Positions 19,253 to 28,656 of a DNA stretch of 37,740 nucleotides are shown here, in pieces (positions within the stretch are counted from its first letter, which is position 1; each line of letters opens with the position of its first letter). This DNA comes from Candidatus Tectimicrobiota bacterium (GTDB lineage Bacteria > JACPSX01): assembly GCA_016193065.1 (NCBI GenBank), contig JACPSX010000006.1, positions 1 through 37,740 of the forward strand, written 5' to 3'. The position numbers and the translations under genes were made by a program. Below the pieces are notes generated by a model, which worked only from the letters and a program-made list of their open reading frames with translations, searched no databases and was not told the origin of the DNA.

Positions 19253-20944
19253 TTAGGTTTTATCCTCTTGGCATGCCAAAATCCGCAGGGCTTTCCTCTG
19301 TAGCTCGTCCTTGCGAACCTTAGCTGTCGATGTCATGGGCCAATCTTCTGATTCCATAAAAAACACATGCTTTGGTACTTTGAACGACGCCATTTTTTCC
19401 TTGCAAATATTGATTATATCCGGGGGCGTATAAACCATTCCCGGAGCCACTTCGACGAAGGCAGTGACAACTTCCCCCCAGCGATCATCCGAAACTCCAA
19501 CTACTTGCGCCAGGACGATACCGGGGACTTCATTACACAGGAAATTTTCAACCTCTAGCGGAAAAATATTCTCGCCCCCAGACTTAATCATCTCCTTATA
19601 TCTGCCTTGGAGATAAAGATATCCTTCGTTGTCCAGATATCCCCGATCCCCAGTTTTGAAAAAACCTTCCTGGTCAAAAACATTGTCCGGAGTTTCCTCA
19701 GGCCCGGGCTTGTAATAACCGACCATACGGTTCCAGCCGCGGAATCGGATCTCTCCACTGACCCCAGGCGGTAATTCTTTTTCTGTGTCAGGAGCGACGA
19801 TTTTTACTTCTACGCCGGGCAGCGGACGGCCTACTGAGTTTCTGCGAATTTCGTATCGTTTTTCCTCCGGCATCATCAGGGTGACCGGGTTAGATGCCTC
19901 AGTAAGCGAATAAAGGCATACAACGCGGGATAAGCCAGCTTTAACCCTAATGTCATAGGAAACACCTGCAAACGAGGATGTTTTCTGCCATGACGAGTGA
20001 TCGTATTGGCTGCGTTCAGGATGTTCCAGAATTCTTTTCAGCAGGGGGTCGAACGCACCCATGACGGTAATCCTCTCTCTCTGGACGGTTTCCATCACCT
20101 CCTTAAAGTCAATCGGGTGATAGCGCTTTAAAATGTGCACGCATCCACCACGGAGGTGAACGTCCAACCATTGCACAATGAGGCCGGCGGTATGGTAGTA
20201 AGGCAGAAGCGTCAAGCATCGGTCAGCACTGGTAAGACCTAGTGCCTCACCCCAGTAGAACGCAGCACCTAGTATGCCTCGATGGGTTAGAAGCACCCCT
20301 TTGGGAAAAGCCGTGCTCCCCGATGTATACAGCAGGTGGGAGATACTTTCAGGTTTGGCTTCTTGATTCACGAACGGCAAAGGGTTTTTAGCACCTGTCT
20401 GCTCTAGTTCGTTCAGCCTCAGGAAGGCCCTGTGGAAAAGATCTCCAGGTTCTGTTCGGACTACCCACTTCAATTTCGGGTGTCCGGAAAAGTCCAGATT
20501 TGGCCCTCTCGCTTGCCGCAGTTCCGGGATGGCTTCTAACACCACCTCTGCAAGAGGTTTGTCCTTGTACATTCCCCCGACAAACAGCAGTTTGACATCG
20601 GCGTGTGCCAGGATGTGGGATAGCTCTCGTGGGCTCAGCATAGCGTTGATCGGTACGCAGACTGTGCCTAAGCAATTACTGGCGTAATGAAGAACCTGGA
20701 CCACTATGTCATTGGGATGCAGGATAGCAATATGCTCTCCACTGGTGATGCCCAGTTGCTTCATCCCACTGGCTATCCTGCTGGCCCTATTCACTAGTTC
20801 TTCATACGTTACCCGCTGGTCATCCCGAACTGCAGCCTCCGCATTGGGATTCTGCTCGACGACCTTCGCTACAGCGCCAGTTATAGTCTCGTTGTACCAC
20901 TCCATCAGGCCAAAATCCTCCCGGGCCTGTATCACCCTCTTCAC
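19253..20944 (-). CDS. AMP-binding acyl-CoA synthetase/ligase
   Basis: LYTSGSTAFPKG, YSLTE, GEIRFRG, FKTGD, IKSGGENI.P.EVE, STAKVRK. Confidence 0.92.
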   Translation of the reverse strand: MKRVIQAREDFGLMEWYNETITGAVAKVVEQNPNAEAAVRDDQRVTYEELVNRASRIASGMKQLGITSGEHIAILHPNDIVVQVLHYASNCLGTVCVPINAMLSPRELSHILAHADVKLLFVGGMYKDKPLAEVVLEAIPELRQARGPNLDFSGHPKLKWVVRTEPGDLFHRAFLRLNELEQTGAKNPLPFVNQEAKPESISHLLYTSGSTAFPKGVLLTHRGILGAAFYWGEALGLTSADRCLTLLPYYHTAGLIVQWLDVHLRGGCVHILKRYHPIDFKEVMETVQRERITVMGAFDPLLKRILEHPERSQYDHSSWQKTSSFAGVSYDIRVKAGLSRVVCLYSLTEASNPVTLMMPEEKRYEIRRNSVGRPLPGVEVKIVAPDTEKELPPGVSGEIRFRGWNRMVGYYKPGPEETPDNVFDQEGFFKTGDRGYLDNEGYLYLQGRYKEMIKSGGENIFPLEVENFLCNEVPGIVLAQVVGVSDDRWGEVVTAFVEVAPGMVYTPPDIINICKEKMASFKVPKHVFFMESEDWPMTSTAKVRKDELQRKALRILACQEDKT

Positions 20945-21131
20945 GGTCTAAACTTAACTAGAGTAGTGGGCAAAAAGCTCCGGCGCGAATGGCCCCACTG
21001 ACTTGCGAACTGCCCAGCAGGCACTTTTCCTGGACGCCGTCAACGCATCCGGCAGTCGGCTGAATTCAGGACCTTACCACCAGCGGCAAGAGTCCCCCTT
21101 CATGCCCCCTAACCCGCAGCTAGAGCAACAG

Positions 21132-21560
21132 TCAGCCCGTAATGAATTCCAGGAAGACTCCGTGGGTGGATTTCGGGCTTATCCACATCACTTTTCTGGC
21201 CGGATTTGACGGCAGAGGGTGGGGCTCCGCAATGATGCGGGCCCCTTTTTCCTTAACGTGACGATGAACCGCATCCAAATCACCAACCTGGATTGCGACC
21301 TCGTACACTCCTTCACCATTTTTATCCAAGAACTTCCTCACAGCCTGCGCAACCGGCTTATCCTCTGCTACAGGGGTAAGCAGCTCGATCATGCTGCCTC
21401 CTCCCGCATTGAACTGGGCCGCATCAAGTCCCCATTTTTCACGCGGAGTTCGATTCAGCAGTTCGAAACCAAGCTTCTGATAAGCCTCGATCGCCTCGTC
21501 CAGGTTGTTCACAGCCACAACCACCACATGAATTCCCTTCATCTGTTCCACAACACTCAT
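21132..21560 (-). CDS. VOC-family protein, methylmalonyl-CoA-epimerase-like
   Basis: H..VAVNNLDEA, IELLTP, FLDKNGEGVY, ISPKSTHGVFLEF. Confidence 0.82.
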   Translation of the reverse strand: MSVVEQMKGIHVVVVAVNNLDEAIEAYQKLGFELLNRTPREKWGLDAAQFNAGGGSMIELLTPVAEDKPVAQAVRKFLDKNGEGVYEVAIQVGDLDAVHRHVKEKGARIIAEPHPLPSNPARKVMWISPKSTHGVFLEFITG

Positions 21561-21766
21561 CGCTTTCTACCTCCTTTATTTAGTAGAGTCTTCAAGAGAT
21601 TAAGTCATGCCCCGTGCATCTGCGCCCCCTTTTGGATTGTAGCTCCGGATTCATGACCCGCGGTCTATACCAAGCTCTGCTCCTCCATGCTATCAAGGGC
21701 TTACACCATCCCTCGGCCCCTCTTTCAGGATTTTCCAAGTCTCTTCTATTCCAACCAAGCCACAGA

Positions 21767-22551
21767 TTAGGATTTATGAAATTGGGGCGGACGCTTCTCC
21801 GCCATTGCTGCCAATGCCTCCAAATTATCCGGTTTTCCCGAGGCTGCCAGTTGGAGAGCCCAGGAATACTGAAAGACATTTGTAGCAGCGACCCGAAGCC
21901 ATTGATTCATGGCAGCCTTCGAGTGGGACCGCTAGCCAGCCGGGTTGCCCACTCCATTGCGGTCGGAAGTAGCTGGTCTCGAGGAATCGCCTGGGCAATC
22001 AACCCAATTCGCTCAGCCTCCCGGGCACTCACGGGGTCGGAGGAAAACAGATATTGCTTGGCTCGGGCAAGACCAATAAGCACAGGCCAAATAAGCGCGC
22101 CACCGTCCCCAGGAGGGACCCCTATGTTCATGTGTCCGTCCGAGAAGCGGGTTGTTTCATCGTCAGCCGCTAAGACGATGTCGCACAAGAGTGCGAGCTG
22201 GCAACCCATGCCCGTTGCCAGCCCATGAACTGCGGCGATGGCGGGCTTCTCCAGCTCGATCATGTTCCAAATAAACTCACGAGTTTCTTCAAAGCCAAGC
22301 GCCTTGGCCGTGGGGTTATCTTTATGGCGTGAAAACAGCTCAAAATCACCCCCGGCGCAGAAGTTTTTCCCTTCGGCGGTGATAACGACGGCACGGACAT
22401 CGTCGTCATGATTCAGATCGCGGGGAATATCCGCCATCTCTTTATGCATCCTGATGTTGAGCAGATTGTGAGGTGGGCGGTTGAGAGTGACGAGAGCTAC
22501 TCCACCCGAGACCTCCACTTTGATATGTTGGTATTGACTGTAGTCTGCCAT
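21767..22551 (-). pseudogene. Enoyl-CoA hydratase/crotonase-family protein, frameshifted near 21920
   Basis: VTLNRP, FCAGGDF, KPAIAAVHG, LALLCDIV. After GPTR the natural C-terminus KAAMNQWL...EKRPPQFHKS* continues in another frame to a stop at 21767. Confidence 0.82.
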
Positions 22552-23051
22552 GTGGTTCCTCCTTTTTTATTCGGTTGCGAATCCATAACACGAGTGAACA
22601 CACCCACCTATTTTGCGACCGATCCTCAGGAAAACCGCTAAAACGCTCTCTTTTTACCGATTTTCAATCGTTTAATTGATCCCATTCTCCCCCTCTCCGA
22701 AAACGAAACGTGTTACACCAGTTTGCGGTGTCGCGGCGATAGACCACCGTCCTGTCGCTTCCCGGTGTATTGTTGCTGATTTAATTAAGAACCTTAACAA
22801 AATTGCACCACAAAACCGAATAGGCCGTTTACTTCATTTTTCATAAGCTTTCTGCATCATCCGCGATCATCTATCCCGAAGTCTCTCGCAACACCGGTCC
22901 CGATTGAACGAGAATGGTAATATCCGGCTTTGTAATCCGTGAAAAGGGAAAGGATGCAAATTCGGCTGCTCGGAAATCTCTTGCATCCCCTCGTAACCCT
23001 GTGGTACATAAGCAATATTTTACAATTCCGTTCGAGCGGTAGGAGAACCTC

Positions 23052-23966
23052 GTGGACGAAGTGAAGAAAATCTGGATGGATGGAAAACTGGTGGACTGGG
23101 CGGACGCCAAAGTCCACATTCTGACCCACACCCTGCACTACGGACTCGGAGTCTTTGAAGGCATCCGCTGCTACAAGACCGCCAAAGGACCGGCCATCTT
23201 TCGTCTTGAGGACCATGTGGACCGGCTTTTCCACTCCGCCTTGATTACTGAAATCGAGATCCCCTACAGCCGGGAGGAGATCATCGGCGCCATCAAGGAG
23301 ACCATAAAGGCCAACGGTCTGGAGGAATGTTACATCCGCCCCATTGCTTACCTGGGTTACGGCAAGATGGGACTCTCTCCAGTCGGGGTCCCCACCAACG
23401 TGGCCATCGCCGTCTGGTCCTGGGGGGCTTACCTGGGGGCCGAGGGGCTTGAGAACGGAATCCGGGTGAAAATCTCTTCCTTCACCCGTCACCACCCGAA
23501 CATCAGCATGACCAAGGCCAAGGTCTGCGGCAACTACGCCAACTCCATCATGGCCAAGGTGGAGGCCTTACGAAACGGCTACGATGAGGCGATCCTCCTC
23601 GACGCTTGGGGAAACGTGGCCGAGGGGTCCGGAGAGAATATCTTCATCGCCCGCAGAGGAGTGCTCAAGACGCCTCCCCTGACCTCCATCCTGGAGGGGA
23701 TTACCCGGGATTCCATCGTCGCCCTGGCGAACCATCTCAAGATCCCCCTGGTGGAGGTCTTCTTTTCCCGGGATGAGCTTTACTCCGCCGATGAGGCATT
23801 CCTGTGCGGCACGGCCGCCGAGCTCACCCCGATCCGGGAGGTGGACGGGCGCAAGATCGGCCCGGGGCGTCCCGGGCCGATTACTAAGAAGCTCCAGGAT
23901 CGTTTCTTCAAAGTGGTGAAGGGCGAGGACAACCACTTCAGCCGCTGGCTCCATCCCGTGCAATGA
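23052..23966 (+). CDS. ilvE: Branched-chain amino acid aminotransferase
   Basis: [45 protein letters not shown]. Confidence 0.96.
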   Translation: MDEVKKIWMDGKLVDWADAKVHILTHTLHYGLGVFEGIRCYKTAKGPAIFRLEDHVDRLFHSALITEIEIPYSREEIIGAIKETIKANGLEECYIRPIAYLGYGKMGLSPVGVPTNVAIAVWSWGAYLGAEGLENGIRVKISSFTRHHPNISMTKAKVCGNYANSIMAKVEALRNGYDEAILLDAWGNVAEGSGENIFIARRGVLKTPPLTSILEGITRDSIVALANHLKIPLVEVFFSRDELYSADEAFLCGTAAELTPIREVDGRKIGPGRPGPITKKLQDRFFKVVKGEDNHFSRWLHPVQ

Positions 23967-24010
23967 GTTTGTAGTTCCTGAGAACCTGCTTCCGCCGCCG
24001 CACGGAAGGG

Positions 24011-24039
24011 TTGACACGGGCCGCAAGCAGGCGTAGAGT
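24011..24039 (+). promoter_or_regulatory. sigma70 promoter
   Basis: TTGACA-N17-TAGAGT upstream of the binding-protein/nitrilase pair. Confidence 0.6.
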
Positions 24040-24203
24040 TTTCCGTGTTGTCATACCCAGTTCGCAATTCAATGCCACCGATGTGAGCGTTCGGCAATCA
24101 GGCACGGCCAGCCTGGTGATCTGACGACTTTATCCCTTCAGAAACTGGAAGCCGGCCGCTGACGACCGAAGGCCCTCACCCAGATCCCGGGGAGGAAGGA
24201 GCA

Positions 24204-25217
24204 ATGACACTTGCAGACAGCACATGTCGGGTCCGGAGAGAAGACTTATTTCTGTTCATCCTGGTCATCATGCTCATCCACTTCATCACCCTCGCGGCAA
24301 CTCCAGCATCCGCTCAAACTCTGCAGAAGATCAAGATCGGCATCCCGGCCGTCAATGTTCTTACGAAGCCCTTTTTTATCGGCCAGGACCTGGGCTTCTT
24401 CCGGCAGGAGGGGCTCGATGCCGAGTTTCCCTTTGTGCGCCCCGAGCTGGGCGCCGCCGGTCTGGTGAAAGGGGAGATAGACTATTTCGCCAGCGGGGAC
24501 ACCACGCTGCGGGCGGCGGCCGGCGGCCTGCCCGTTAAGCTGATATTCGCCATGGCCGATCACGGAGACCTGGCCCTCGTGGTGCGCAGTGACATCCAGA
24601 AAGGAACCGATCTAAAAGGGAAAAAGATCGCGGTGGCTTCTCCGCGTACACTGCCCTCCGTGGCCATGATGGAATCGGCACGCCGCTACGGACTCGACCC
24701 CCTGAAAGACATCTTCCTGGTCAGCGTGGGGGACCTGCTGCCCCGCTATCAGGCCCTGCAGGCGGGCGCCGTGGACGGGATGGTCGTGGACACGGCTCTG
24801 GCCATCATGGCCCGGAACAAAGGGTACAAAATCCTCGATCCCATGTGGCAATGGATGGATCTCGTGCAGATCGGCCTGGGGGTAAACGATCGCGTCCTCA
24901 AGCAAAACCCCGACTTTGTGTACCGGACACTGAAAGCGTCCCTGCGCAGTCTGGTCCATGTGCGAACCCATTCAGCGGAAATGATCAAGGCCATCCAGAG
25001 CGTGCGGGAGGTCAACGACGAGGAAGCGAAATTTGTTTACGACATCATCGTGCAAAACATGACGGCAAACGGCATCCCTTCCAACCGCAGCGTGCAGGTC
25101 AGCCTGGATGCCATCAAGGCCGACAACCCGGACAAGAAGATCCCGACCATTGACGAAGTCGTAGACTTCGGCCTCCTGCGACGGGCGCAAAGGGAACTGG
25201 GAATCAAGGCCCCCTAG
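24204..25217 (+). CDS. ABC-type substrate-binding protein, NMT1/SsuA-like
   Basis: KIKIGIP, GFFRQEGLDAE, DLKGKKIAV, VVDFGLLRRAQRELG. Confidence 0.85.
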   Translation: MTLADSTCRVRREDLFLFILVIMLIHFITLAATPASAQTLQKIKIGIPAVNVLTKPFFIGQDLGFFRQEGLDAEFPFVRPELGAAGLVKGEIDYFASGDTTLRAAAGGLPVKLIFAMADHGDLALVVRSDIQKGTDLKGKKIAVASPRTLPSVAMMESARRYGLDPLKDIFLVSVGDLLPRYQALQAGAVDGMVVDTALAIMARNKGYKILDPMWQWMDLVQIGLGVNDRVLKQNPDFVYRTLKASLRSLVHVRTHSAEMIKAIQSVREVNDEEAKFVYDIIVQNMTANGIPSNRSVQVSLDAIKADNPDKKIPTIDEVVDFGLLRRAQRELGIKAP

Positions 25218-25273
25218 GAGAAACGGCTCCGGGGAACGTTCAGAACAAGATTCAGCAACAACGGAGAACAAAA

Positions 25274-26329
25274 ATGGGAGACAGCTACCGCACGATCCGG
25301 GTGGCCGCTGTGCAGGCGGCTCCGGTGTTCCTGGACCGGGAGAAAACCGTGGAGAAAGCCTGCGCCCTGATTCGGGAGGCCGGGACAGCAGGAGCCCATC
25401 TGGTGGGGTTCCCGGAAGGATTTATCCCGACTCACCCCCTGTGGTTTCACTTCCACGCTGCCAGTAGCGTGAAGGGACTGCAGTTTAGCCGTGAGCTGTT
25501 TTGCAACTCCGTGGAGATCCCCGGACCTGCCACCGAGGAGCTGTGCCAGGCGGCCCGGGAGGCCCGGATCTACGTGGTCATGGGGCTGTGCGAGAAGACC
25601 CCGGGTCGAATGGGCACCCTATACAACACCCTTCTCTTCATCGACGATCACGGCAACATCATGGGCCGCCACCGCAAGCTCCATCCCACCCTCGGCGAGC
25701 GCATCGTCCACGCCCCGGGAGACGCAGAGGGTCTGCGGGCCTACCAAACGGAATTCGGCGCCGTCAGCGGTCTCATGTGCGGCGAAAACTCCAACGCGCT
25801 CTCCATTTTCTCATTGGACGCCCAGGGGACCACGGTGCACGTGGCGAGCTGGCCCTCCCACTTCAGCCTCTCGACGAACATGGGGGATACGATCGAAGTG
25901 GCCAGCCGGGCCCTGGCTTACCAGACGAAATCGTTCGTGCTCAATGCCGTCGGGGCCATCAGTGATCGCATGCGGGAGGTTCTCCCCCTCACGGATGAGC
26001 ATCGGGAATTCCTTTCCCGGCATCATGGGGGAGCCTCCGTGGTCGCTCCCCGGGGGAAGCTCGTGGCCGGGCCCATGGGACCCGGCGAGGGCATCCTCTA
26101 CGCGGACATCAACATCGGGGATATCATCATTCCCAAGATCACTCAGGACTTTTCCGGGCACTACAACCGCTTCGACATCTTCTCCCTCAACGTCAAGGTG
26201 GGAGGCAACCCGCCCCTCAGGCGCCTGCCCAGCGAGCGGAAGGACGGGGACGAAGAAAAGTTTCTTGGGGAGCCGGCTCCGCAGCGCGAGCTCCCAAACA
26301 ATGTCTTTCCGCTTCTAACTTCAGAGTAA
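25274..26329 (+). CDS. Nitrilase (carbon-nitrogen hydrolase)
   Basis: VAAVQAAPVFLD; E-K-C triad in FPEGF, HRKLHPT, LMCGEN; DFSGHYNRFD. Confidence 0.9.
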   Translation: MGDSYRTIRVAAVQAAPVFLDREKTVEKACALIREAGTAGAHLVGFPEGFIPTHPLWFHFHAASSVKGLQFSRELFCNSVEIPGPATEELCQAAREARIYVVMGLCEKTPGRMGTLYNTLLFIDDHGNIMGRHRKLHPTLGERIVHAPGDAEGLRAYQTEFGAVSGLMCGENSNALSIFSLDAQGTTVHVASWPSHFSLSTNMGDTIEVASRALAYQTKSFVLNAVGAISDRMREVLPLTDEHREFLSRHHGGASVVAPRGKLVAGPMGPGEGILYADINIGDIIIPKITQDFSGHYNRFDIFSLNVKVGGNPPLRRLPSERKDGDEEKFLGEPAPQRELPNNVFPLLTSE

Positions 26330-26335
26330 GAAGGC

Positions 26336-26435
26336 TTTCAGCGGTCAGCTTTCAGCATTCAGCCGGAAGGAGGGGAGACGTAATTCCCTTTCTCTTTCTC
26401 TGGCTGACTGCTGACAGCTGATTGTTGACTGCTTT
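26336..26435. repeat. Inverted arrays of ~7-bp TCAGC/GCTGA units between convergent genes (possible bidirectional terminator)
   Basis: tcagcggtcagctttcagcattcagcc...ggctgactgctgacagctgattgttgactgc. Confidence 0.7.
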
Positions 26436-27369
26436 AAAATCGAAATATCCGCAGGGCGTTTTTGTAGAAGATCTTCTCCTTGTCTTCGAAGGGCAGGTCA
26501 AGCTCCGCCATGGCCTTGAGAGCCATGGGGTAGAACTGATCATCCCTTCCGCCCCGTCCGTGCGGATAATCACCACCGAACAAAACCTGGTCCGTGCCCA
26601 CGGTGTCGCAGACAAACCGGATGGCCGCAGCCCGCACGGGCCCCGCGATATCGTAATAAATCTTCTTGAAGTAATCTTCCGGAGTCCCGGCGCATTCGGG
26701 ATTTCCCTCCCACCAGTTCAGGCGGTCCAGGTACATGAGGGTCATGCCTCCCAGGTGGGCTCCGATCAGCTTGAGTTGCGGGTGGCGGTCAAAAATCCCC
26801 GAGAGGACGAGCCGGGACAGGGCCAAGGTCGAGTCGGCGGGCCAGTTGAGCTTTTGCTGCAGCGAGTACTTGTGCCAGCGGGGATGGCAGAGGGCATTGT
26901 GGGGATGAAGGAAGATCGGCACGTCGTAGCGAGTGGCCTCGGCCCAGAAGGGCCGGTACTCCGGGTCGTCCAGAGATTTTTCTCCCCCGATGTTGGTGGG
27001 CAAGACCACCCCGTGGGCACCCAGATCCTTCATACAACGGTGCAACTCCGTTAGGGCATCATCCATGTGGACCAGCGGAATGCGGGCAAACCACTTCAAG
27101 CGCTCGGGGTACCGGCTGCAGTACTCCGCGTAAGCATCGTTGCACAGCACGGCCAGATCCAGGGCCCGCTTGCGGTTGAAGCCGACCTCGACTCCTCCAG
27201 CCGGATTCGAAAGCACTCCGATGTCGATGCCGTACCCGTCCAGATGCCCGATGTATTCCTCGTACGTGAAGGAGTGAAAGCCGACGCCCCGAGGGTCTCC
27301 CTTCGAGGCTTCCGGGACCATGTCCAGAAATTTCGCCGGAAAAGCGTGGAAGTGGGTGTCGATGATCAT
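26434..27369 (-). CDS. Amidohydrolase_2 family (ACMSD-like non-oxidative decarboxylase/hydratase)
   Basis: IDTHFH, PIFLHP, GAHLGG, FGGDYPH. Start at 27369 has RBS aagga (alternative start 27396). Confidence 0.87.
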   Translation of the reverse strand: MIIDTHFHAFPAKFLDMVPEASKGDPRGVGFHSFTYEEYIGHLDGYGIDIGVLSNPAGGVEVGFNRKRALDLAVLCNDAYAEYCSRYPERLKWFARIPLVHMDDALTELHRCMKDLGAHGVVLPTNIGGEKSLDDPEYRPFWAEATRYDVPIFLHPHNALCHPRWHKYSLQQKLNWPADSTLALSRLVLSGIFDRHPQLKLIGAHLGGMTLMYLDRLNWWEGNPECAGTPEDYFKKIYYDIAGPVRAAAIRFVCDTVGTDQVLFGGDYPHGRGGRDDQFYPMALKAMAELDLPFEDKEKIFYKNALRIFRF

Positions 27370-27456
27370 AAGAGTGTCCTTTCTGTTGGAGGACATGGGC
27401 GGTCAGCAGGATGGCAGGATTGTATTGGAAACGCTCCTGCGTTGCAAGGTTCCCAG

Positions 27457-27653
27457 TAGCCGTCAGCTGTCAGCAATCAGCGCTCAGCGTTTGAGGAAAT
27501 CCCTCCTTCCCCCCTTTTTAAAGGGGGGAGCAGGGGGATTTTCTTCAGTGGAGGTGATTTCCATTCGAGGTGGTGCCCCGTCAGGGGCATGGGTAACAGA
27601 TAGCTGATGCTGATGGCTGAATGCCAAGTTCTGACAGCTGATTGCTGACAGCT
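27457..27653. repeat. Composite repeat: TCAGC array, C/G-rich hairpin, small hairpin, GCTGA arrays
   Basis: gtcagctgtcagcaatcagcgctcagc; aaatccctccttcccccctttttaaaggggggagcagggggattt; tgccccgtcaggggca; gctgatgctgatggctga...gctgattgctgacagct. Confidence 0.7.
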
Positions 27654-27914
27654 ATTGTGGCCCTCCTGGTCGTGGGGCCCAAAAAGCTCCCCGAGCTGGC
27701 CCGGGCCCTGGGACGGGGGTTTGCCGAGTTCCGGCGGGCCACGGAAGACCTCAAGGGCACCCTGAACAAGGAGCTTGAGATCGAGGAGACCCTGACCGAG
27801 GCTGAGGATCCTGCCAAGGACTATTCCCACCTGGCCGACCTGGACAGCCAGAACCACCCCATCGAATCAGTCGACAGCAGCAGCAAGCCCAAGGAGTCCC
27901 CGGTTAATGGCTGA
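27642..27914 (+). pseudogene. tatB: TatA/TatB-family translocase subunit, 5'-truncated
   Basis: IVALLVVGPKKLPELARALGRGFAEFRRA is typical, but the usual N-terminal MFGIG..E segment and RBS are absent; in-frame TGA at 27639. Confidence 0.75.
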
Positions 27915-28656
27915 CCAGGACCGCCGGATGCCCTTTATCCAGCATCTGGAGGAGCTGCGGCGCAGGCTCGTCGTGAGCCTCATCGCCATCGGAGCCGGCT
28001 TCCTGGTGGCCTACAATTTCAATGAAAAGCTCCTGCTTATCGTGCAGAGGCCGTTGAACCGCCCTCTGATCTTCCTCTCCCCGACGGAAGCCTTCTGGGT
28101 CAACCTGCTGGTCTCTTTTTTTGCCGGCGTGATTCTGGCCGCTCCTGTCCTTCTGTACGAAATGTGGAAGTTCGTGGCCCCGGGTCTCCTGGAGAAAGAG
28201 AAGCGCTACATCTTCCCCTTCACGTTGCTCTCAACTCTTTTTTTTTCCCTGGGCGTGTCTTTCGCCTATTTCGTTGCTCTCCCCCTGGGTCTCCGCTTCC
28301 TTTTAGGGTTTGCCTCCCCCGAGCTGCAGCCCCTGCTTTCCCTCTCCAAGTACGTGGGCTTCTTCGGTAGGCTCCTGCTGGCCTTCGGCTTGGTATTCGA
28401 ATTTCCCCTGGTCATCTTCCTGCTGACCCGCCTGGGCATTTTGCAGCCGCAGACCCTGGCTAAGAATCGCAAGTACGCCATCCTCGGCATCTTCGTGGTT
28501 TCCGCCCTGCTCACCCCCCCCGACGTGATCTCCCAGATCCTGATGGCGATCCCGCTCCTGGTTCTTTTCGAACTGAGTCTTCTCGTGTCCCGCAAGGTGC
28601 GCCGCAAAGTGGAGGAAAAGAAAGTTGCCGAGGAACGCCTGGAAGCCGTCCCTTAA
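27907..28656 (+). CDS. tatC: Twin-arginine translocase subunit TatC
   Basis: HLEELRRRL, SPTEAF, FVAPGL, FEFP, LTPPD. Confidence 0.96.
   Translation: MADQDRRMPFIQHLEELRRRLVVSLIAIGAGFLVAYNFNEKLLLIVQRPLNRPLIFLSPTEAFWVNLLVSFFAGVILAAPVLLYEMWKFVAPGLLEKEKRYIFPFTLLSTLFFSLGVSFAYFVALPLGLRFLLGFASPELQPLLSLSKYVGFFGRLLLAFGLVFEFPLVIFLLTRLGILQPQTLAKNRKYAILGIFVVSALLTPPDVISQILMAIPLLVLFELSLLVSRKVRRKVEEKKVAEERLEAVP

Noticed and set aside
22552..23051. tRNA or att site at the right edge of the low-GC block
   Set aside because: No cloverleaf or direct repeat matching the left edge was found by eye; only promoter-like AT-rich DNA and a GGATGCAA/TTGCATCC inverted repeat
26336..27653. Short repeats as a CRISPR array
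   Set aside because: Units are about 7 bp with no constant repeat-spacer periodicity, and no cas genes are present
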